From Macrostomum hystrix (Eukaryota; Animalia; Platyhelminthes), in assembly GCA_950097015.1 (NCBI GenBank), contig CATNEN010000038.1, forward strand, positions 16,802,001 through 16,866,000: 64,000 nucleotides of DNA, read 5' to 3'. The notes below the pieces were generated by a model, which was given only the letters and a program-made list of their open reading frames with translations, did no database searches and was not told the origin of the DNA. A program made the translations under genes and the position numbers. This document shows, one piece after another, positions 40,461-51,050 of the stretch (position 1 is its first letter; each line of letters opens with the position of its first letter).

Positions 40461-40891
40461 AGAGTTACTATTTGATTAATTAATAGGCCTATAACAATTA
40501 ATTAATTAATACTAATAGTTACTAATATAACTATTTATTAATATACAAAAGGCAGAATAATATAACGATGTAAACTAGAACTATGCCAGAGTTACTATTT
40601 GCATGCAAGCGATTTAGAATGCCTGGGCCCTAGCTAAACATAAAAACTCCGCAAAATAGACTGTAGCCTGCCAGCTAATGCCTGTATCTATGCTAAAGAC
40701 AAAGTTCCATAAATAGACTAAGGCAATGGTATACAAGAACCATAACATCCAAGGCAAGTTAGGCCTATTCCTAAGTATTTCAAAAATACTTAAACTGTAG
40801 TCACGACACGCCACGCCGTTTCGCTATCGCAAAGGAGGGGCTGCTGCTGTATGCTGGTACTAGTGTTAGGCAGACTGTGGGCCCTATTATT

Positions 40892-41025
40892 ATACGTTGG
40901 CGACATTTTACCGCGCGGTAAAAACCGCTAACATTACTATGTTGACATAGTAATGTCAACACATTACCCTGCGGTAAAGTTAGGCCTAGCGGTTTTTACC
41001 GCGCGGTAAAATGTCGCCAACGTAT
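40892..41025. mobile_element. Palindromic MITE (about 134 bp)
   Basis: 39-bp perfect TIR ATACGTTGGCGACATTTTACCGCGCGGTAAAAACCGCTA, flanked by TTA/TA repeats; internal hairpin ACATTACTATG-TTGA-CATAGTAATGT. Confidence 0.8.
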
Positions 41026-41434
41026 TATTATCTTGATGACCGAGCGTCAGAAAAGATAGATGTGCTCCATCTTAGGAACTGAATTATTCAGCATCATTAT
41101 TTGGTTGGAAATTAGTAAAATTTACGTTAAGGATTGATACGGACAGCAAATTCACACTGGCTATACTTACACTACAAGGTATATATGTTACGATACAATT
41201 CGAAAGCTCGACAAAATTCGAAATAACTCGATTTTTAGGCATGTTTGAATTGATCGCTTAAAGGTTAAAACAAGCAACTTCACTTATTTCTAGTTTTTTG
41301 TAGTCTTCTATTGTAAATTGCTTAAAAATAACCTACACATGTTATTAAGTTTCAGAATCAAAACTGGTAGATGCTCAAGTGAAATTTTTTCCAACTATTT
41401 TTTTAAACCTTCGACGGCTTCGAGGATGTGAGCG

Positions 41435-41473
41435 CAAGGACCACCTAGAATTATATTTCTTCTAGTGGTCCTG
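41435..41473. mobile_element. 39-bp TIR remnant with 8-bp TSD (P-element-like footprint or minimal MITE)
   Basis: TGTGAGCG [CAAGGACCACCTAGAA TTATATTTC TTCTAGTGGTCCTG] TGTGAGCG. Confidence 0.65.
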
Positions 41474-42726
41474 TGTGAGCGCTGTACATGAACCCGGATT
41501 ACACGAGCTAGACGAATTGTTTTCGATTGATTGATTTATAAAATGGAATAGGCCTACGGTCTAAATTAAACGTCACGATGGCAATTTGACAAAACTTACA
41601 ACGCAACGAAGTGGGGCATGGGTAACTTAAATTAAAAGCAAATTACATGTCACTTTCATAAGCCTCAAGTCTAAGGTCACACGTCGGACATGTTTAAATA
41701 CATGACCTTACCCTGTTTTCCTGGATATGCTATATTAAATAATTTAACCAATAACCGTTGGAAAAAAAGCCTACCTGGAAAACGTTGCCTGGAAAACATA
41801 GGAAAACATGGGGCTGGCTAACATCGGATGGCAAACGTGGGCTTACAAACATCCAGCTTGCTGGCAATCGCATGCATGGCTGGAAATTTCCGTAAGCCCT
41901 AACTAAATGGCCATAATAACCATGAAACCCGGTGCTACACACCAAGCAAAAACGATGATTCACGAGTCTGTTTAAGCTACTACTGGTAGTCTTATATACA
42001 TACATGCAGTTCTGCTCTTGATTTCCATCATTTCGGACTAAAAATCTATCAATATAGTAAAACTGATAGAGAACTGTTTGAATTTCGCGCGATATTTAGC
42101 TCTCGCTGAGTCCGGCCCTTAACATGGAAAATTATAAGAATCGATAAGCAATTAAGTAATGTAGTAAATGGTATAAAATAAAAAAAACTGATATTATATG
42201 AGTAGCACGAAAACTTTTATCAGCTAAAACAGAAAAAGCTGTTTATGAACTCGGTTGATTGCGATTAACAGCTGCATGATCACGTGATTGCTGACGCACT
42301 AGGGTAAAATTGCAGTACAACAGTCAGAAAGGGGGAGAGGGGTAGCAGCAGCAGAAGGCTCATTGGGATGGGTTGGGGCGGGGCTCGCCAAAATTTTTTT
42401 CCGAAGAGGTGTGGGAGGTGCGATGTGTTCTCGGCTGGGATTTGTGCAAACGCCCCTCGCTCATAACCTCATTGGTTCTCATACCTTAAACCTGACTCTA
42501 GCTAGCCTCTCTTCCCATACCCTTTTAGTCTCTTATCCTAGGCGCCGAGTGAGCAAGTTCTTATTTGATCAGTAGTATAGAGCCCCACCTCTACCGGCTG
42601 ATAAATAATATTGATAACAGAAGAGAGGAGTCAATTTATTATTCAGGCTGAATCAGCTTTCAAAAAACAACGCAGTTGAACGCTGCCAGGCTGAATAAGG
42701 AATACTGGGCTAGAAACTGCGGCCAG

Positions 42727-45700
42727 ATGGGCTCCTGTTGCAGTCGCTGTCGCTGGTACGCTGACGACAATGCGGAGTCTGCTGCCAATGGCGCCACTGG
42801 GGACGGTTTCCTTGCGTCCACAACTCGATCCTCATCGGTGACACCAGTGAGTTTCCGACCGCGTCAACAGCAGGAAATTTTCCAGCAACCAAAGCCAGTG
42901 TCTGTCGAGCGCGGCTTGGATAACGAGGCATTTAGCCGGTGTGAGGATGAAGCGGTTGGCATCGCAACGGTCAGCGTCAGTGTGCCAAGTATAGTTGTCA
43001 CCATGATGACTACTGCAAAGACAGTCTCGCACGGTCCTAAGTCGCACTTTCACTTTCCTGACTGGCTTGCCTCAATGGCCAGCAAAGCCAGTCGCTATCA
43101 TCATCGACACAGACAGTCGAATCGGTTGCATGAAACTGCGAGCAACAATCGGCGTCAACTTCACGGCATTGTTGAACATGTCGACGACGATTGCGCCGGT
43201 AGTCACAAGATGGAAACGTGTGACACCTGCGGCAAAGCTGCGAGCTTCTTCAGCGGCGCCTCCATCTCAGAGACATCGGTGTCCCTGTCCGAGGACGGCG
43301 AAAGCGTTGCAGAAGAATTTCGAAGTTCGCGACAGCTTACTCGAGAGCATGCTTCAACCAGCTCGCTGCGACAGCAACCTGTCAGCCAATTCCTCGAAAG
43401 AAATCATCACCAGCCCATTAGTGATCTTAACGACAACGCTTGCAAGCAGCAGCAGCAGCAGAATGGCAACCATCTCTGCTACCATCATCACAGCTTTCAC
43501 GGTGATGATGTCTATCGAATATTTGTTGAGTCATCCTGGCACGTAAAGTCGTCGATTCTGTCGCTGGTAAGGCGCCTTATGAGAAACTGTCATGCAATAA
43601 GTTCTAATTTTTTATTTTGAAATCTTTCAGTTTGCGGCCAATTTATCTAAAGATCGCGGCAGCTTGACAAAAAAGCGAAAGAACGAGTGGATCCAACTCT
43701 CTGGTCATTCGGGTGAGCTTTATTAGCGAACTCCAATAATAAAAATAATATAGTTGCAGGAGGGATGCAGGCAATGGCACATCATTTGGTGACACTACTA
43801 GACCCGCAGCCAGCGAGGAGGCAATTCTGCCCATTTCGCTGACTACTGAACACACACGCACACCGATACCGTACGCAGGCAAACGCTCACACAGGTGTGT
43901 ACATCTGCCCTGACCTTCTCATCGTCAGGCAGTGTATATTTCACTGTGCCTTGGAGTTGGCCCTCAAGGGCGTAAGTTGCACGAAAAATAAATGTGGCCT
44001 CACCGTGGATTCGAGCTCAGGGACATTCGTGCGAGAGGCAGACGCGTTAACCGCTCTGCCACTCACCCCCTATGTGCACTCCAAATACGAACATGAAATT
44101 TCGCAATGTAACTTCGCAATGTAACACAAGCGGAAAAAATTCCATAAGTTAAAGAAAACGTTTTCGCTTATCTAATCAGATCGTGAGCTTTTTCAGGTAA
44201 GTCCACCCCACCCGGATGTGATTTAAAAACGGATAACCTGCGTGAATCTCAGAAGAGCTTTGATTTTTTAACTAACGCAACGATACAATCTTTGGGTGCG
44301 GAATTTTTCTGTGTATCAAATCTCTTTTTAGACGCTTTTTGATTAATTAGTCTCTCGAGATACAGCAACTAAAATCAGTGATGCATTGAATACCTGTGCA
44401 CGGAATCGAGCTCTGGCCCTTGGTGCAAGGGTCGGACGCGTTGCCGTTGGATCACTCACCCCCTGCTGTACACTAGGATTAATAAAGTCGTGTTGTGTCT
44501 GTGGTCGGTTCGGTAACCCAGGCCTAAATAGGACAGCAATCTGCCCACCTGGGGGAGGGTTGCAGACAGGGGATGTGGTGCACAAACTACCAGAGTCAAG
44601 CCACCCGCGCCAAGGATGGCTAGGGTTGTACGCGCTGGCTGGTTGTTGGACGGGCAAAGCTACGCAGAGCTGATTGGTTGGAGGGGCAAAGCCACGCAGG
44701 GCTGCATGGGGTAAGGGTTGGCAGACAAGGCCAGTGCCCAGCCAATCAGGTGGCGGCACAGCGCACACAGAGCAGGGACGAAGGAAAAGGGCGAGAGAGG
44801 GCGAGGCCAAGGCCAAGCCAACCAAACCGGCCTAAAACAATGGCCTTAGCGGGCAGCCGTCAATGCCCAACCGCCTCAGGAACAACTGGGGGATCATTGT
44901 CAACTGGGGGTTCATTGTCAACTGGGGGATCATTGTCAACTGGGGGGTTCATTGTCAACTGGGGGGATCATTGTCAACTGGGGGATCATTGTCAACTGGG
45001 GGATCATTGTCAACTGGGGGTTCATTGTCAACTGGGGGATCATTGTCAACTGGGGGATCATTGTCAACTGGGGGATCATTGTCAACTGGGGAATCATTGT
45101 CGACTGGGGGATCAATGTCAACTGGGGGATCATTGTAGCTTTAAAAAGCTGTGAATTCAGCTGCTAAAAAGTATATACTTGACGAATTAAAAATATATCT
45201 GCTCCCCGATGGGGGGCAAAACTTGCTAGTTTTTTTTCTCAAATCAATGAAACAGCTAATCGATAAGTCATATTCTGTCAGTGTGTCTGTTTGATTCAAA
45301 CTTTCAGGATAAAGTATCAATCATCAAGAACCTCAACTTTCCAGGCACATTCGCAGTCGCAGGCCCGTGGAGCATCTGGAAGCGGAGAGATCCCCGAGAG
45401 GTGAACGAACTCCGGGCCTATAAACTGCTAATGCAGAGTGAGCAGCTCAGACCGTTTGTACCGATCTTCTATCGAGAAGTCGAGCACAAGGGCGAGTGTA
45501 AGTTCGCAATTATCCTGTCGGTTCATAGCTTTTTTTGAAAACGTTGATTTTTAAAACCAGGCTAAAAATCTGTGCGTCGTTATGCCAAAACAGGAAATTA
45601 ATTTAAGGTACAGGATGAAAGAATAAAATTCACAGTTAGCGTAATTCCACGCTAAACTCGTTGATAATCTTTGAAACTGCACACACGGATCTTGTCTTTG

Positions 45701-48700
45701 ATCTCGACTTTGCATATCAGCTTTAACGCGTGCCATCTTAGAGAGAGATCTATAGATCATGTCGCATGCAGTGAGGAAGCTCCTTGTCTCTTTTGAGGCT
45801 TTCAAATGACGAGTAACTCTTCATTATAATAGTAACCACGCCCAAGCTGAGGTCACGGGAACTTTTACACGCGTGAGATGTACTTTCGCGATTCCATTCG
45901 TGATTGTTTTGACTATTATTATCATTTTAGAGTGAGCACCATGCATTTAAAGGTATGAAAATCAAATTTGAATCAAAGAAAATCTTTTTTGTCTTAAGCA
46001 GTAGAGAGACGCTATTTTCGTGAAAGTCCACCCTATGGATCTAAATTTTCCGCCCTTTACTATGAACTAACTTTCAAAGCCGTCCGGGTCAGCATCGTCA
46101 AGATATTCAGTGATTTTCGTCGGAGCACTATGCAATGAAATGAACGTCCTGGCTGGAGCGTGAGGAATTTAAAGCTAGCGACTATTCACTATTCACCGGG
46201 GTCGGTGTCCTACCAATCGTTTCAATAGCAGCAGGGAAATCTGGAATTAAATAGCGTTAAGAGGCTGTGGTAGCAAGCGAAGCGGAATAGATAAGCGATG
46301 AGACCCGCGTGTCGTCCTCCGGCCCGGCGAAACTCCCAATGAAAAAAGAATAACACAGTATGAACACGGAGACTCGAATAATTTGATTGGGATTGATTTA
46401 ATCTGTTGTGACTCGCTAAGACTCCAGATAAGAATAGGAACTGATTTGAATCTAGTTTACTTGCTGAACTTGATTTAAAAGCTACACTACAGAATGAGGA
46501 TGTTCACATGGAAATAAATTATAGCGCGCTCACAGTGAAAAGCAAAGTTTGGTCTAACAAATTGGATATAACAATTTTACTTAAACTGGCCTAATCTGCG
46601 CCCCACTCTTCCCGAGAGGCTCCGGTTGTCTCTGCTTTCAGCGCTGCCCCGACAGATCCTATCGGTTGGCACTCCTTCTGCCTGACGGCGGAGTCTCCGA
46701 AGAGAGCACGTACTGACTTCGACAACAAGCGCCTATCTAGACCACCCTTGTCAGCGGCGCACTCTCAAGACGCGTAGCGCCGAAAGCTACCTAACTGAAC
46801 AAGCGGAGCGTGGTCGGGCGGGGAGAGACAAAACAAAGTGGACTAGCTTGCACGTGCTTCTCACAGTGTGAGGCGAATTGCGGAGAACGATAAAAGTCAC
46901 TGCAAAAACACGCTTCCCTTTATAGAGTCATGTTAACCCCAAATTAGGTCGATCGGCGAGGTGGATGCCTGGCTGTAGCTTGAGCCAAGGCGACAAATCG
47001 CAGTAGACTCGCGACCGCCGCTCTGAGCCCCGGGGTAGCTTCTTGCCGATGGTAGACAGGTAGTGAGGCCGGGTCGCTCGCTGATTGGCCGGGACTGTAG
47101 CCCAGGGGTAGCGCTCGCGGGGTGGTGGGCGTCCGTTCCCCCGGCTGGTCCGGCCCGGCTTGGCGTAGGTGACTTTTAGCAAAAAAACACGTGTCTAAAA
47201 ATAATTATTGAATAATGACACGGGGAGATAGAAGGGCAAACAAACTGACACTACAACTAGGTGTGTCAAGGACAACTAGCATTGCTCTGTTTAAACCTCT
47301 ATATGGCGAATATGGCGAATATTTCAAATCTCTTCAGAAATTGTTTGCCTGTGTTCTGGATTTTCATGGCTTGGAAGGAAGCGATTGGTTGAATATTTTG
47401 GGAGATGCAGAGAAAAGAGAATGTGGGTATTTTTAATACCCCCATGGTCATTTTTTACCGTTTAGCAAGATTACTGAATTCCTAACTGCTTGAGTTCACC
47501 CAGTGCAAGTGTTATCTTAATAGCTAAAAGCAACAGATTTTGCATTTCAACGAATGATACTAACGTTATTTTACAAAGGAATGTCCCCGAAGCTACAGTC
47601 AGTTGTGCAGTTTAGTCGGGTTAACAACAGTTCTCAAAGTCTCGCAGTGAGATTTCAATCATTTATTCAGTAATAAATATTATTAAGTAATAGATATATA
47701 CGACGTCAATCGTACCCGTCATACGGGCGTAAATTGCACGACGAGCTACCAGGCGAATGATCTCTCCGCGTCTCCACCCAGAATAAATGCGGCCTCGCCG
47801 TGGAATCGAGCTCAGTGACCTTGGTGCGAGAGGTTAACGCGTTAAAGCATTTTGCTGTTAGAAATGTGAATAGCTGGTACTTTTTCTGAAGTAATCTTTT
47901 TTGGTAAATTGTACGTCTGGCATACTATAACGATTCCAACTGCACTAAATTAAGAATTGGATCTCGTGTTTACTAGTGCAGTGAATTTTCAAACTAACCA
48001 ATGATTTTCTAGTGTAATTCATGATCGGGTAAGTCTCGGCGGGGCTTGCATGTTTATTGTACAAACTTTTTCGGCTGAAAAATGCAGTCTAAACTAGAAG
48101 CAACTCATACACTCAAAGGAGTCTTGTTGTGGTCTTTTACGAAGAAAAATAAAGCTTAACTTTGGCTTGAAATTCATATGAAACTGAGGAACCCGATAAA
48201 ATTTTTATCCAACAGACTTCTTGGAACTGGAAGACTTGCTGCATCATTTCAACAACCCCAGTATCATGGATGTGAAGATGGGCAGCAGGACCTTCTTGGA
48301 GTCCGAGGTCACAAATCCTGTGCTGCGCACCGATCTCTACAAGAAGATGGTGGAGCTCGACCCGAATGAGCCGACAGAGGAGGAGAGAATGCATCAGGCT
48401 GTGACAAAGCTGCGCTACATGCGGGTAACTGACTAACTGGTGCTGATGCATTGCAGCATTCTGTGCATTCCCCAGCAACTGGACACCCTAGCAACTGGAC
48501 ACCCTAGCAACTGGACACCCTAGCAACTGGACACCCTAGCAACTGGACACCCTAGCAACTGGACACCCTAGCAACTGGAGACCCTAGCAACTGGACACCC
48601 TAGCAACTGGACACCCTAGCAACTGGACACCCTAGCAACTGGATAAACTTATTAACTGGACACCCTAATAAATGGACACCCTACCAACTAGACACCCTAA

Positions 48701-50161
48701 TAACTGGACACCCTAGCAACTGGACACCCTACCAACTGGACACCCTAATAACTGGACACCCTACCAACTGGACACCCTAATAACTGGACACCCTAGCAAC
48801 TGGACACCCTAGCAACTAGACACCCTATCAACTGGACACCCTACCAACTGGATAATCTACCAACTGGAGAACCTTACCAACTGGACACCCTAGCAACTGG
48901 ACACCCTAGCAACAGGATAACTTATTAACTAGACACCCTAATAACTGGACACCCTACCAACTGGACACCCTAGCAACTGGACACCCTAGCAACTGGACAC
49001 CCTACCAACTGGACACCCTACTAACTGGACACCCTAGCAACTAAACACCCTACCAACTGGACACCCTAGCAACTAAACACCCTACCAACTGGACACCCTA
49101 GCAACTGGACACCCTAGCAACAGGATAACTTATTAACTAGACACCCTAATAACTGGACACCCTACCAACTGGACACCCTAGCAACTGGACACCCTACCAA
49201 CTGGACACCCTACCAACTAGACACCCTACCAACTGGACAGCCCTACCAACTGGATAACCTATCAAGAAATGATAAATAGTATTTTTTTTAAGCTAATGAA
49301 ACACATATTTACATTGATTTTTAGTTCCGCGAGCAAGAAAGCACTTCTATTTCTTTAGGATTTCGTCTCGACGCGATTCGGGTAAGGGACCTACCGTGAT
49401 GGATAAACACTTCTGCTAATAGTCTAAGAAACGTAAATAAAAGTTCGCGACAATATTTCAGACAAAGAATCCTAAAACTTGCGAGCCCTTCAGCCAACGT
49501 CTGAAGACAGCGAAAACTCAGTCCGAGGTAAAATCTACGAAGTATATAAGATTTTTTCGATGTTTTTAACTACTCATAGTAGATCAAGCTTTGCAAAGTG
49601 ATAGAGTGAGGCAATCAATACCGAATCGCAGGTCAGCGACATCTTGCACTACTTCTGCGCCTACAATCCCGTCATCATGCGACAGTTTGCCAGGCGACTA
49701 ACCGAGTTGAGAACCGTCCTGGAGGCATCAAATTTCTTTACTGCTCACGAGGTCAGTTGTGAACTACAGATTGCTAGTATATCCTCAGTAGATGAAGGAG
49801 TACAATGGATTGCTAGTCTATCCCCAGTGGATTAAGGAGTAGAATGGATTGCAAGACTATCCCTAGTGGGTGAAGGAATATAATTGATTGCCGATCTACT
49901 CGCGGAGAATTTGCATTAGTCTGTAATGTCCTGAATTTCAACTCCCACGCACAGCTTATCGGCTCCTCTCTGCTGTTCCTGCACGACGACACGCTGAAGG
50001 CCAACGTATGGATGATCGACTTCGCCAAGACGGTGCCGCATCAGGACATCCGGCTGAGCCATTCGGTTGACTGGCAGCTGGGCAACCATGAGGACGGCTA
50101 CCTGGTAGGGCTGAATAATCTCATCCGACTGCTGGAGGACATTGCCAGTCAGTACGTGTAG
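42727..50161 (+). CDS. Inositol-1,4,5-trisphosphate 3-kinase (IPK family), 8 exons
   Basis: Exons 42727-43566, 43631-43712, 45345-45497, 48216-48424, 49325-49381, 49462-49527, 49632-49751, 49955-50161 join in frame. Motifs WIQLSGHSGTF, LRPFVP, PSIMDVKMGSRT, VTKLRYMRFRE, LGFRLDA, HELIGSSLLF, VWMIDFAKT, EDGYLVGLNNLI. N-terminus MGSCCSRC. Confidence 0.92.
43735..44071 (-). mobile_element. SINE family A, near full-length copy
   Basis: Minus strand: GGGGTGAGTGGCAGAGCGGTTAACGCGTCTGCCTCTCGCAC...GAGCTCGAATCC head, full body, TATT tail. Confidence 0.85.
44882..45136. repeat. 18-bp minisatellite (TGTCAACTGGGGGATCAT)n, about 14 copies
   Basis: Tandem array in IP3K intron 2. Confidence 0.95.
46323..47181 (-). 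mobile_element. Possible LTR-like remnant antisense within the IP3K intron
   Basis: Minus strand starts TGCTAAAAG (47181), has CCAAT (about 47085), TATAAA (about 46920), ATTAAA (about 46398), ends ...TTTCA (46340) followed by PBS-like TTGGGAGTTTCGCCGGG. No TSD or coding region found. Confidence 0.3.
48474..49260. repeat. 16-bp minisatellite (TAGCAACTGGACACCC)n, about 48 copies
   Basis: Fills most of IP3K intron 4; variant units recur in blocks. Confidence 0.97.
49769..49890. repeat. Short degenerate array of the 39-bp minisatellite family
   Basis: About 3 diverged copies of GATTGCTAGTCTATCCCCAGTGGATGAAGGA, same family as 30283-31015. Confidence 0.85.
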
Positions 50162-50356
50162 ACGTGTAGCAGTACACGTGCAAATGGACACACACACAAT
50201 TGCCTCGCTTTTGCTTTGCTTAAATTATAACGGTTTATCAATGATTATCGTTAAAATGCGACTAATGGAAACATAAAGCTTTTTTAGCATCATTTGCATG
50301 AACTTAAATAACTGTCTAACTCTCAGCAGATTCGAGGGATTCTTAAAGTCGACGAA

Positions 50357-50700
50357 GGGGGGTCAGTGGTACAACGGTCTAACGCGTTTGCCTCTCAAAC
50401 CGAGGTCCCCAAGCTCGATTCCGCGTCGAAGCCACATTAAATTGGGGTGCAGCCGCAGAGAGAAGGCTTGGGGGCTTGTCGTGCAATTGAGGGCCAACCT
50501 CCAGGGCACAGTAAAAGTGTACACTGCCTGACGATGAGAAGTCAGGGCATATATACACCTGTGACCTGCGTTCGGTATCGGTGTACGTTTGTGCTCAGGA
50601 GTCAGCGAAATGGACAGAGTTGCCTCCTCACTGACTGCGGGTCTCGTGTCACCGAATAGTGTGCCAGTGCCTACAGCACTGCTGCAATAATTATTAACAG
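50357..50700 (+). mobile_element. SINE family A full-length copy
   Basis: tRNA-like head (GGGGGTCAGTGG...GCTCGATTCCGCG) plus body and tail, downstream of the IP3K stop. Confidence 0.8.
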
Positions 50701-51050
50701 TCAACGAACTGAAAACTTTAATACTTTATTATTATTATTAAAATACTTTATTATGGCCTGTCTAATTTGTCTACTCTGAAACGTGAAATCTGATTTGTTC
50801 AATAATTTTTTTTCTAAATAATTAACAACATGGTTTAAACAATGCAACGTTTTTATCATGCTAAAAGCTGTATGGTCTGTTGACGTCAGTGGCTTTGTGT
50901 CATTTCTTTAATTAATTCCTTTTAGGAAATGAATTTTTCATTGTCATTCGCCACTCCAGTATTTGATTGTGTATTTCAAAAGATTGAATTGCAGCATTCG
51001 CTGAACCTTGTCTGTGCGTCACTCCTTTGATTGCAGATGTGGGTGTTAAT

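Noticed and set aside
50521-50620. Hammerhead ribozyme in SINE family A (CTGACGA...GAAA)
   Set aside because: No stem II fits between CTGACGA and the nearest GAA(A); the motif lies in a simple hairpin (CTGCCTGAC/GTCAGGGCA), and I could not build stems I and III by eye. An Infernal search would settle it.
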